DNA of 64,000 nucleotides from a virus (lineage: Duplodnaviria; Caudoviricetes): positions 1,893 to 65,892 of the IMG/VR virus record IMGVR_UViG_3300017714_000004. One strand, 5' to 3'. Shown piece by piece: positions 19,036 to 30,200 of this stretch. The position numbers and the translations under genes are program-made. The notes under the pieces are model-generated. The model had not been told where the DNA came from. It ran no database searches and was given only the letters and a program-made list of their open reading frames with translations. Position 1 is the stretch's first letter, and each line of letters starts with the position of its first letter.

Positions 19036-20460
19036 TTAAGGGGATGGTATACCGCCGCCACCGCCAAAGTTTGGTGGTAAGGTCGGGGTATAACTTGTTG
19101 TTGTTGGAGTATATGTAATATTTGTGCTTCGTTGTGCGGTTGCTCCCGCAGGATCAGATACTAATATATTTAATGTGAAGGAAGCTGCTTGCGCGCCAGG
19201 TGTCAATTGGATTTCATTACCTACGGTCTGAACAAAAACTCCGTTTGTACTTCCAGTGGTGGTATATGATACTGTCAATGCCTGACCTTCAGGGTCCATA
19301 AATAATGGAGTAATGGCAGTAGTTGCTCCAGAAGTTAGTGCATATGATGAATCTATACCACTGACATATTGAGGAGCAGCATTTGTACTAGCAGCAGTAT
19401 GCGTCATTGTTGTGTTTATATCAACATCGTTAATACCATCTGATCCAGTAATAGTTAATGTAAAGTCCGCATCATCATCCCCCGCCGTTACACGAATAGT
19501 GGTCCCATTATTCCAAATGTAAATCGTTGCTCCACCTAAAGTTCCAGTAGTGGAAGTTGACAATGTAATACCACCACCTTCAGGATCGATGAACAGTGGA
19601 GATATATCAACATACCCACCTTGAGGTATATTATATGATGATGCAATACCTCCTTGATAACTAGGGGCGCTATTTGTACCTGTCGTAGTGCCACCCGTTG
19701 GAGATGAATTGTCTCCATTAAATCTACCGATAATCCATTGCTGTCCTGACGAATTATGGCCTGGAAATTGCCAGGCGGGTTGATAGAAAGTTATAGTATT
19801 TGTGGCTCCTCTCCATTTACCACTAGCCACCCATCCGAAAAACATTGGTATAGTCTGAATCGGAAAATGCATAAGATTAGATAGACAGATCCAGTAATTG
19901 AATATGTCATCTGATGCACCGAAAGTGGCCACGTTATGATTATTATACGGAGTACTAGAAGTATTTACTTGCACAGTACCGACAATATCAAAGGTTGTCT
20001 CGACACCTGTTGCAAAAGAAACTGTCCCGTCGGGAGCATAAACTTCAAGACCATAATCACTTGCACTTGGAGATGTTACGCTAGGTTTGATGAGTACCCA
20101 CTCCACTTTAGGGGTTATCTTACCCACGTTAGGTGCAGTGATTGCGTAAGTAGAATAGTCCAGAACAGGATTGAAACCCATATCAATAACTGGATCTGAT
20201 AAGTTCACATAAGCACTCACACCAAAAAACTGAGTGGCAGTTCCACTACTTCCAGCAATATGCCATCCAGAAGAATCATTTTTATTAACGTTTATAGGTC
20301 GACCAAAAAGTAAAGCACCATCCTCATAGTCATCCGTCGAAAATGGTATTGCATCTCCAGCATCAGCAATACCATAAGACATAACCTGAAAGTTCTTATA
20401 TACGTCATCAACAATTATATTGCCGTCTTCGTTTCGAATTTCTATTCCGTAAGTACTCAT
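19036..20460 (-). CDS. Putative receptor-binding/tail-tip protein with two cadherin/Ig-like repeats
   Basis: Likely start is MSTYGIEIRN at 20460 (ATGA overlap with the upstream gene). It has YG(I/L)E motifs and two NxAPxY..GI..SY...PLFxDPEG...FTLxI..SD repeats. Confidence 0.6.
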   Translation of the reverse strand: MSTYGIEIRNEDGNIIVDDVYKNFQVMSYGIADAGDAIPFSTDDYEDGALLFGRPINVNKNDSSGWHIAGSSGTATQFFGVSAYVNLSDPVIDMGFNPVLDYSTYAITAPNVGKITPKVEWVLIKPSVTSPSASDYGLEVYAPDGTVSFATGVETTFDIVGTVQVNTSSTPYNNHNVATFGASDDIFNYWICLSNLMHFPIQTIPMFFGWVASGKWRGATNTITFYQPAWQFPGHNSSGQQWIIGRFNGDNSSPTGGTTTGTNSAPSYQGGIASSYNIPQGGYVDISPLFIDPEGGGITLSTSTTGTLGGATIYIWNNGTTIRVTAGDDDADFTLTITGSDGINDVDINTTMTHTAASTNAAPQYVSGIDSSYALTSGATTAITPLFMDPEGQALTVSYTTTGSTNGVFVQTVGNEIQLTPGAQAASFTLNILVSDPAGATAQRSTNITYTPTTTSYTPTLPPNFGGGGGIPSP

Positions 20461-20852
20461 CCCTTTCTCACTATCCAATAATATGCGTCATATTTATCAT
20501 TTCTTTTTAAAACAAAACTACCATTCTGTCTACTTTCTATTGAAGCATTTCCTACCATAATAGAAGCTGGAGCTACAATGGCGATATCTTGTATGCTACT
20601 ATTAACAAAATCTGGGACGTTTACTGTTATTTCTATTAATTCTCCGTATACAAACCAAGCCGGGGCTGCGCCAACACCAGTTAAAAGGTTACCTAAAGGA
20701 TTAGTGACCCAGCCTGGATTAGCAGCAGCTGCCGAATCATATTTATTATTGTCTGCTGATACAAGTCCGTAAGATACTAAAGATCCTAACGTGCTAGTTG
20801 TTGATACTATTTTATCATTAGAACTATTGAATACTTCTAATCCATAACTCAT
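20457..20852 (-). CDS. Small tail-tip protein (131 aa)
   Basis: The MSYGLEVFNS N-terminus parallels the next gene; coupled by ATGA overlaps on both sides. Confidence 0.55.
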   Translation of the reverse strand: MSYGLEVFNSSNDKIVSTTSTLGSLVSYGLVSADNNKYDSAAAANPGWVTNPLGNLLTGVGAAPAWFVYGELIEITVNVPDFVNSSIQDIAIVAPASIMVGNASIESRQNGSFVLKRNDKYDAYYWIVRKG

Positions 20853-23800
20853 GATAGTTTACCTAGTTTAACACGCAGGCCTGTTTCTTCATTAGTAGAT
20901 GTTGCGTCATAAATTCTGATATTATCCCCAGTAAGAACCATTCTTTCTCCTGAAGAAGTATATCCGGTAGCTTCTGTAGTATCTATACCTGTCGCATCAC
21001 CACCGATAACTAAAGTTTCTGCGACAGTAGCAATTCTAGTATTTAGTTCTTCGGCTATTAAAGAGTCTACTTCGATAGTATTTGCAGAGATAAACCCACC
21101 ATCGATGACTGTTGCACCACCATCGTCTCGACTCAGGGCACCTTGTGTGTTCGTAAAGGTTACCAAGCCGTCGAATGAGTATGACTTAAATGGGGGGCTG
21201 AACAATAGGTTACCGGAAGCAGTTGTCGCAGTTCGACCTCCCACAGTATCTTCTACTGCAAAGAATCTTGCCGCCCATAGACTTCCGGTTAGGTCTGTGT
21301 CTTGCGGTGGAGAGATAGACCATTCATCTGTTAGTCCAGTAAATGTGCCGTCAGTGCCGACTGTTCCGGTTCCTATGAAATTGAAACTGGTTGCGGTTGG
21401 AGTGGCAGGGCCGTCAGTTGTTCCGTCTCCGACAAGATAGTAGACATAACCGTTCTCTTGTTGAGGTATAGCACTTGGATCTACTGTGCCTGGTTGTCCG
21501 TCCGTTGAAATCTTTACTGGTTCCGACCAAGTCAGTGTCGCGTCTGTTCCAGTAAGACCTTGCGTAGTTGCCGTTGCACGACATAACCACAATGGGTCGA
21601 GATCTGTATTGGATTCTTGTGGATCTTCTGTCCATCCACCAGACAAGTTCTCTACGAGATCATTGGTGAAACTATATGTCGCACCTACTGGACCCCAAAG
21701 ACCACCACTTGCTGCTGGTTTGTTCGCACTTCTTTTATAAACAGATGCGGAGAAGGTCGAGTAACCATCCTCACCGTTGTTGTGATCTTCATATGGTGCA
21801 GACCATGTACCACCCTCTTCAACACCCGTGTCTCCGTCTGTGGCAAATTGATATTCTACTGCCCAGATCTTACCATCTGGTGCTTCATCTGCTGGAATTT
21901 CTGCAACGGTGTCGTACCATCCGTCTGGTGGAACTAACGAGTTACCGTCTATGGTTAGAGTGCCACTAGATGTAACATTCACAGCGGCAGCCTCTGCTTG
22001 TGTTCTTGTTACGGCATCCGCCCCGAAGTTTACGAAACCACCTGTCGGACTCGATGGGGTTGTGGTTGTTCTTTGAACAATAACTGCTCTGAATGTGGAT
22101 CGACCATCACGACCAGAACCACCGGCGGTCGTTACGTCTGGTGTTGACCAAACGATAACGTCATCGACTATGATTGGGTCTGTGCTGGTACCGGAGTTCG
22201 GTTGCGTCGAAGCAATACCTGACGACACGTACAACTTCATGTTTGCGTCGTTTTCGTCTGGATTCTCCGGTACGGTCTTAGACCATCCACTTGGTTGTGT
22301 AAATGTCTTAGTTGAGAAGTCGAAACTACCACCTGAAGGTTTGCCTGCGTTGTTTGCAAGACTAGTATTCGACCACTTATAAACACTTAACTGAACGAAA
22401 CTGAATCCATCCTCTGCATCAACCGCATAGTTCATCACTAGTTTAGGCGCGCTGAAGGTTAATGTGTTGTCCGTACCAAGATACCCGATAAGACTCGCGG
22501 TCGTTCTGACTTCATATAGATTCAATGGATTTTCTAGGTCTAGTGCTGGCGGTTCCTCATACCAACTACCATCCGTGACGCCAGAAACGACCTCCGTGTC
22601 ACCTATCTTTTCAAAACGATCGTCTGTGAAATTGTATGTCACACCGTTGTTATCTGGGATCGGGCTTGGCAGTGTTGCGGATCGTGTGTATAGACCCTTG
22701 GAGTATGTTGACACACTCTCGATAATACCCAGAGTAGGTTCACTCCATCCGTCCGTGACTGCGTAATCTGTTCCAGTATCACCGATGACACTGAACGCAT
22801 AGGTAGATGACCATACGTCACCTGATCCTTCTGGGATACCTTCGAACCAAACACCCGACTCATTTGCAACGGAGTCTAGTGGATCGCCACCGAATACCTC
22901 GTTACCGAAGTCGAAGAAACCACCTTCTGGTTTAGATGGAGTTGGGATAGCGTCACCGACTTTCCATCCGGCTGGTTTAGGAACCTTGCGGTATACTGCC
23001 TTCTCGAAGATGGACTTACCGTTTTGTCCGTCCAGACCCGTAGAGGTCTTGACTGGATTAGTCCAGCTGATGTTTGTGTCTTCACCTGTAGGATCAGATA
23101 GTTCCGCATTAGTTGCGATACCGGAACTAACGTATAGGTCTCCGGTTGGATTACCATCTTCGTCTTGGGCTAGAGGGGGAACGATAGACCATCCTGCCGG
23201 TGGAGTCAGTGTCTGGTCTCCGAAATCAAATGACCCACCTGTTGGTGCAGTCAATGATGTTGTGGATCTCTTGAAGACAGAAACCTGTGCGTATGAATCA
23301 CCGTTGTTAGCATCAACGATGCCACCCAACTTATATGGCTCTGACCAATCTGTCGCGGTGATCGTTCCCTGTTGCGATAGGTAATCTCTGAATAGGAAGT
23401 TACATGCCCATAGGTCATCATCACCCGCTGGGATAGTGCCTGACCAATCCGAAGGTGGAGTTAGTGTGGCTGTAGGGAAGTCGAACGTACCGCCGCTAGG
23501 TGTCGTCGGTTGAGTTGGAGACCTCTGGTAGATTGTCGCTTGATAGAAAGAGGTTCCGTTTTCGCCTGGGTCAGTTGGACCACCACCGCCACCACTGGCG
23601 TCTTCTAGGTTAGTCCAATTGGTTCCGTCCCACTTTAAGACGTGTCCAACTAAAACATTAGAGGTTAACTGTACGTCACTTAGATCATCTAGTGATCCAG
23701 CACCCAAGTCACCAGCATTAGCTAGTTTTACCCAAGACCCTGCGTGGGCGAAATATCCAGCACCTGTCGCATGTACATGCGCGAACATACCGTGATAGGC

Positions 23801-24067
23801 AGACGCGCTTGGTAAGTCTGATTCAGTAGGGAATACATTACTGTATAGAATTTTGTTACTGCCAAGATCTAAGTCAGCACCTTCGATAACAGCACGAACT
23901 GCATCTGCGTCTAGACCAACATCAAAGTTATCTAAAGCAGATTGTATCAGAGCATTAACTTCATCTTCTGTTAGTTTAGATAAATCTATTTCTGAAAAGT
24001 TTTGATTAATTTTCAGAATAGCAGCATTAATATTATCTGCAAGATTGACTACTTGTATATTACTCAT
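20849..24067 (-). CDS. Tail fibre protein with tandem ~100-aa repeats (1072 aa)
   Basis: N-terminal INAAILKINQNF baseplate-anchor motif, about seven YxRS..P..PxGGxF(D/N)F...PxGW...LW...WSxP domains and a C-terminal ERMVLTGDNIRIYD...LRVKLG. Confidence 0.75.
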   Translation of the reverse strand: MSNIQVVNLADNINAAILKINQNFSEIDLSKLTEDEVNALIQSALDNFDVGLDADAVRAVIEGADLDLGSNKILYSNVFPTESDLPSASAYHGMFAHVHATGAGYFAHAGSWVKLANAGDLGAGSLDDLSDVQLTSNVLVGHVLKWDGTNWTNLEDASGGGGGPTDPGENGTSFYQATIYQRSPTQPTTPSGGTFDFPTATLTPPSDWSGTIPAGDDDLWACNFLFRDYLSQQGTITATDWSEPYKLGGIVDANNGDSYAQVSVFKRSTTSLTAPTGGSFDFGDQTLTPPAGWSIVPPLAQDEDGNPTGDLYVSSGIATNAELSDPTGEDTNISWTNPVKTSTGLDGQNGKSIFEKAVYRKVPKPAGWKVGDAIPTPSKPEGGFFDFGNEVFGGDPLDSVANESGVWFEGIPEGSGDVWSSTYAFSVIGDTGTDYAVTDGWSEPTLGIIESVSTYSKGLYTRSATLPSPIPDNNGVTYNFTDDRFEKIGDTEVVSGVTDGSWYEEPPALDLENPLNLYEVRTTASLIGYLGTDNTLTFSAPKLVMNYAVDAEDGFSFVQLSVYKWSNTSLANNAGKPSGGSFDFSTKTFTQPSGWSKTVPENPDENDANMKLYVSSGIASTQPNSGTSTDPIIVDDVIVWSTPDVTTAGGSGRDGRSTFRAVIVQRTTTTPSSPTGGFVNFGADAVTRTQAEAAAVNVTSSGTLTIDGNSLVPPDGWYDTVAEIPADEAPDGKIWAVEYQFATDGDTGVEEGGTWSAPYEDHNNGEDGYSTFSASVYKRSANKPAASGGLWGPVGATYSFTNDLVENLSGGWTEDPQESNTDLDPLWLCRATATTQGLTGTDATLTWSEPVKISTDGQPGTVDPSAIPQQENGYVYYLVGDGTTDGPATPTATSFNFIGTGTVGTDGTFTGLTDEWSISPPQDTDLTGSLWAARFFAVEDTVGGRTATTASGNLLFSPPFKSYSFDGLVTFTNTQGALSRDDGGATVIDGGFISANTIEVDSLIAEELNTRIATVAETLVIGGDATGIDTTEATGYTSSGERMVLTGDNIRIYDATSTNEETGLRVKLGKLS

Positions 24068-24293
24068 TTTTATCCTCTACTAAACGAAAGAGCAAATCTT
24101 TTATTTGAGACATGTCGTCTTTCAGACTCTTGACTTCTTCGGTTAATGTGTTAATATGTTCTTGCTTTTCGTTGTTTATTTTACTTAATTTTCTTGCAGT
24201 ATTTATTTCATTCTTGTTGGTATTTAGTATAGCTCCAGAACGCTTATCCCGCACTAGATTCATATGACCGTCTACCTTTATATGATTATTCAT
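24060..24293 (-). CDS. Small coiled-coil protein (77 aa)
   Basis: KVDGHMNLVRDKRSGAILN...LKDDMSQIKDLL; this type commonly follows the large baseplate-associated protein in marine T4-like phages. Confidence 0.7.
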   Translation of the reverse strand: MNNHIKVDGHMNLVRDKRSGAILNTNKNEINTARKLSKINNEKQEHINTLTEEVKSLKDDMSQIKDLLFRLVEDKNE

Positions 24294-24295
24294 AA

Positions 24296-27200
24296 TTAGT
24301 TCTGCTGCGGATCGCCTTCATCACCACCGTCACCACCGCCGCCCGGCGTGTCACCGTCTCCAGGCGTAGATGTAAAACCTTCACCAACGATCATCTTGAC
24401 TTCTCTGCTGAACGTTGAACCACGTAGAGTGCTGGTTGCTGTAACAGTAGCGTCAGTACCCTGCGGAACATTTGCAACGGTGAACGACGCGAAATCTCCA
24501 CGGTTAAGTGTTACAGTAGTTCCTGAATTAGTCCATGCGAGTCCGAAGGTTACGTTGATAGTGCTGTCCTGTTCAGATCCCCACATCATATGGAAGTCGA
24601 CAGAACTGTTTGCATCAACTGTCAACACTTGATCTGGAACGGTCGCGCCATCATGGAAGTTTTTAGGTTTAGTCGAATCCAGTGAATAGTATGTTAGAAT
24701 AGGATCTTGGTCATAAACAAAACCATCATCTGCATTCAAAAGAACCAACTGAGACTCAAGTGAGTCATCAACCAATGGGGCACCCTCTAGAGTATAGCTA
24801 ACATCTAATGGTATAGAGGTAGTTCCTGTAAGGGTGGTTCCATTGTCTAGACTATTGTCTGGACTAATGAATATTTCTATTCTTACTGTACCAGTGATGG
24901 CAACTTCTGGATCTAGATGTAGTGAATCGACAGTCCACGGTGCACCATTATCAAGCGAGTTGTTATGTTCATCGATAACGAGTCCATGCCCGCCCCAAGT
25001 AATCATGTTACCGCTAGAGTCAAGTTCACCAACATCAACGGAAATAACTTCCTGATAACCTATGTCTGCACCAGTACCTACGTTTCTTAGTTCTGCTCTA
25101 GGAGTGGCCTGGGTTGCAAAAGCACCAGAGTAAACAGGTAGTGCTACATCGTCAACATGAGTGATTCTGAAACCACACTCAAAAATCTCTCCCACTTCTA
25201 CTGGTCTATCCAACCACTTACCTGTGGCCAGGATAGTACTTCCTGTTAGAGAATCGTCCCCAACATTGACACTTCCTTTTTTAGGGTCATTGGTGTATAG
25301 TTGGAAATCACCATTATTATCGAACTTAGCAAACAATCGAACTCTTCGTGTACCTTGATGCCAGTACTCATCCGGAGTCATGTAATTATTGGTATCTGAT
25401 TCTGGATTGTACTGACTTAGGATACGAGGAGCGCCTGTGATAGATACCGAAGTTGGTAATTGACTTATCTCAGGGAATGCAACTGCTGATAAAGAAGTTC
25501 CTGTATCGTCGTTATCTTCACCACTGCCACCACCGGACGTGTCATCATTACCACCACCGGACGTGTCATCATTACCACCACCACCGGACGTGTCATCATT
25601 ATTTGACGTGTTAGTACCAGCGGTACCACCTGTTATCAAAGCGATTGCACGTAAATCTCTAATTACTGGAGACTTAGAAGAGTTATTAGATTGCATCACA
25701 ATCTTCACTTGGAAGACAGAGAATTGATCTGTATTGATTGTGTACTCATAGTCACGGAAAGTTGATGGATTGTCATCTGAAGGCATAGAGTTATCTGCTA
25801 ATGCTTCTACCCATAAAGGTTCGGTTTCAAGAGTATCTTCGTCTACTGCTGTTTTAACATAAACATCAAAGTCAGCACCTGCTGGTCTGTTCGCAGCGAA
25901 TATGATTTTTAGTCCCAGTGATGATTCATCAATCACTACTGGAATTGTAATGTGCTGTGCCGCGTCATCTGTATCAATGACATTCTCTAGAGTCAATGCA
26001 GAGGTTCTCTGCAAATCAATTAGAGGCGATACTTTAGTATCTGAGGTGCTCATGTTCAGGATCATCTTCATTGTAGGAGAAGAAGAGTTGTCGCTTGAAG
26101 CCACAACACTAGGGACCTGATTAGAGTTAAAGTCATTTAAGAATACAGTTTCTTCATTCCCTATTGCCATATTGAATGCAGCGGTAGTACGACCATTGCT
26201 ATTGCCATATGAAGTAGCATTTGTCTTTCTGACCTTTGATGATATACTTGTCGAGTTAGGAATAAGTGTCTGTATTTGTGGTACAAACTGGTCAAAGTAA
26301 ACTTGTTGTGATGCAACTATTGCAGAACCACCACCAGATATAGAAGAAGAAGCTTGTTGGTTAGTTGCTAGTTGTATACTATATCCTTCCCATGTAGGAG
26401 AGAGGACTTCGTGACTAGCATTTAACGCAGAAGCTGGAATACCAGATACTTCAGATGCTCCTGATATAGTGACCGTATTACCATCACTGAATCCATGTCC
26501 TTCATGAGTCACTTGTATAATACTTGAACCCAAGACGGTGTTTATTGGATTGCTCTCTAAAGCAGTCTTCGGTAGCATACCGTTGTCAAGAACTACTGAA
26601 CCGCTTGTCTGGAACTCTGCACGGTCTAACTTAAACATAAGGTCTTTAGTTTGATCCGGAGTCCATGTGAATCCGTTCTGTGAAAGGAATAGTGAACCTA
26701 ATGTAGGTTGCTTGGTTATTCTATCTTCACGACTTCCGAATACATTCTGATATGTCTCTGCGACATATACATTGTACTCTACCGACTCTGCAAGTAATAC
26801 TATACAGTATTCTTCACCACTTGTCAAGTATACTGGCTCATCAAATTCAACTACAGTTGGAGAGCCTTGTACATCCTCAATTGTTTCAGGATTGGTTGCA
26901 AGAACAATCTCATCAGGGTTGATGAACTTGACGCCGCCAGGCATAATACTGCTAGTTGGTATTCCATTCTCTACTGGACGAATCTGTACCTGTAGTGGAA
27001 TAACGCTGTCTTTAGTTTCAACGTAAATGTGTGCCCTAGTGATATACAAACCATTAGGGTTTTCAATCTGGTCAACATAGAAAGTCTGCGCCAATGGATC
27101 TCTTCGACCACGGACTCTTTCTATGACGCGAGTGGAACGTACTGTTCTCTGAACACTCTCGATAGATCCAGATGATGTGTATGATGCACGAGTAGTTGAT

Positions 27201-30200
27201 AGTGCCTCATTTTCATTGTTTTCACTTACGTCAAGAAGCTTAAACTCTTGAGTACCTGTCCTGAAGCTGATATCACTTGTGTTAGGTAGGAAGAAACTAC
27301 CGACTATCTCTCCTTTACTATCTGTCTGTAGTGCACTCTTTCCACCCAGAGCAGACGGATATTCTGTTTCATTTGCATACTCGCTACCAAATTCTGTTGG
27401 ACTGTCAGAGAACCTTGATTCTGAAGATTCTTGTCGGACCCAATCTTCCATAGGTAAACCACCGAAGTATGCGAACACCTTAGTGTTAGGACGCAATCCT
27501 TTCGCAGAGAACTTGATTCTACGAGATCGCATGAACGGAATGATTTCTATGTCTGCAACCTGTTCACCAATGAAGTCTTGTATGCTTCGAGTAGTTTCTC
27601 TGAAGGACACATCTCTTGGCATTGTTGTGAATAGGTTGTTGCCACTACGCAGTCTGAAGTTTCGATCACGTATAGTAGGATTGTTCCATAGGTCTGCTTC
27701 GAAGTTTTCGAAACGACGTACTGTGGTCTGCATGATTGGTGGTAGAGTACGAGTCTCGACCCACTCATCTGAAGACGGTGACAGTTCTAAGTGACCTGTT
27801 TGAGTTATTACTGCAAACGGGTTGATATTCATTGTACTAGTAGCAAGTACTTGTGATACTAAATTCTCATGTAAGAAGGGCAGTGTTACTACGTCACCAC
27901 TTTTTGCCGAAGTTTCGGTAGCAAAATTATCTGGACTATATTCAAGTCGAATAGAGTTCTCACGGAAAGACGGTTTCAAGTGACCCTGTGAGTCGATAGA
28001 AGCACGATATTCTGGATTGTCAATGTCTGAGAAAGTGAATGAACTAAAGTTGTCTGCAATGAATCCTGCTTTGGTTCTTGCGTTACCATTTTCATCAAGC
28101 ACGACCAGTGAATTAGTGCTGGACTCTAACAGACTCAAGGTGGTTAGTTCAAACAAGTCTGTTACTCGTTGCTCCAACTTACCGATATCTTTCATTGTGA
28201 ATCGTTTGTTTGGAATGAAAGTACTTGTTAGATCTGAACTTGAGAAAGTATAAGGGTTTAATACAAACTTGTATAGAGCCAGAGAGCCTGTTGGGATTTC
28301 TGGTTCACGTGGATTAATATTTGGTTCGCCTTGGATGACCTGTAGTTCACCAAATCCAACACTTCCTCGGCTGTCGGTTGCGTTTGCAACCAAAATATCG
28401 ATACGAGGTAGGTAGTACTTAACCTGATCGATAGTTACAGAAGATGAGTTCTGAGGTAGCTCAGTGATATTAAATTCGTTCCCTTCAGCGTCTGGTGGCG
28501 TTCGGACAGGACGGAAGTCCAATACGTCTCGTAGAGAGATTACTTGTCCACCAGAAGTTGTATGATTAGGAATGTTTTCGTAATCTTCTCCTTGATATGA
28601 GCTACATGCAAAGTATCGTCCGCTGTTATCATGAGCAAAATATTCATATTCTACTTCTACTTGAACATTAGAACCAGTAGGTATTTTATATCCACCCTTG
28701 ATATTTGCCTGACCATTGTCATAGAAGTTATCTCTCTGACCACCATCCAAGATAAACTGGTTGGTTATATCAGTTTCAGCTTCACCATTCTTATGTGTTA
28801 CTGAGGTGATAGAGATTACATCTGGATTACTTAAAAATAATGGTCTTGCTTCTTGATCTGAATTAGGAAGAGAAAAAGTCTCTGTCACAGAGGTACGGGT
28901 CTTTTTTCGAGGACCTGAACTTACTGATTGGTATGTAGCAACAACATAGTTTGTATCTGGTTCTAGACCAGTATATGAACCATCTGTAGTAGAAACCGCA
29001 GCGATAGGTCCGTCTTGTTGCGCAATAACCCAATCCGGATATTCTACTCCACTCAGGGATAAGTCACCGTTAGAATCTGACGACACGGATTTCCAGCTTT
29101 GGACTGTGAAATTTGCTGATTCAATAGTATTTGCTTTAGGACTATTCTTAGGTAATGGGAACAGTAAGCTATTCTCAGAAGTACCGTAAAGAGTGGAGTC
29201 CCCATCAAGTAAAGGTATAGTGTTAGTTGTTCGTGAATCATACAGAGAATCTACGTTGGAGAAGTTTTCTGTTCCAATCTTATCACCATCGTTGTTTCTA
29301 ATGGCATCCATTCGAATGTTGAATAGATATAATCTATATCCTTTAGAGTCTTGTTGGACTCCTCGAACATTAGCATATCCAATAAAGTCAGATCCGTTCT
29401 GCAATCGAACTTCTCCGAAATAGTCTAGTCTACCAAAACCTTGAGTAGTAGTTGGGTCGATATAGACATAGTTACCATATGTTGCTGGTACAGATTCGTT
29501 CGAGAAAGTTACGGTGCCTCTTGACTTAGGAACTTCTATTTCGTCTTGTCCAATATCTAAACGATATCCGTCGACATACGCGATACCCTTGGTAACGTCT
29601 AGAGTTAGGTTGTCCTCATTCTCAGAATCTTTAAAGATTGATTTGAACTCTTCTACTACATAGTTGCCTGATTCTTCTTTTGTTCTTTGTGCAAGCAAAT
29701 CATTGATTTTGTTATATGAATCAAACGTGTTTACTTCGCGGGTAATATTACCTTCAACTACACGTGCAATGAATACGAAGTTTTCTTCGACAGCTACTTG
29801 ACTACGGGTTGTTGGAATTAGTTTGATCTGATATCGATCAGCGCCTGGGGCAGTCGCATCTGGAACATCACCTTGGTTGTCGTACAGGTCTTCGTTGTCA
29901 TCTACTGTGATAACTTTCTGTTCGATTCGGAAACCAATGTCATCGGTAGGAGTATGACTATACTTGTCGATGAATGCACTGCCACCTTCCATAAACACAA
30001 AGTGACCTTCAACGAAGAAGTCACCTGAAGCAAAGTATGCCTTCGTTCCACGACCCGCTGATGGGATGACACCATCGTCAGCAACTGACAGTTGTTTAAT
30101 TGTGTTGTGTATTGTACACGTCAGAACTTCGTTTTTTAATACTCTTGCAGACTTTTTTGTATCTGCAACATTAATAGTATCAGTGTACTGTACGTAAAGA

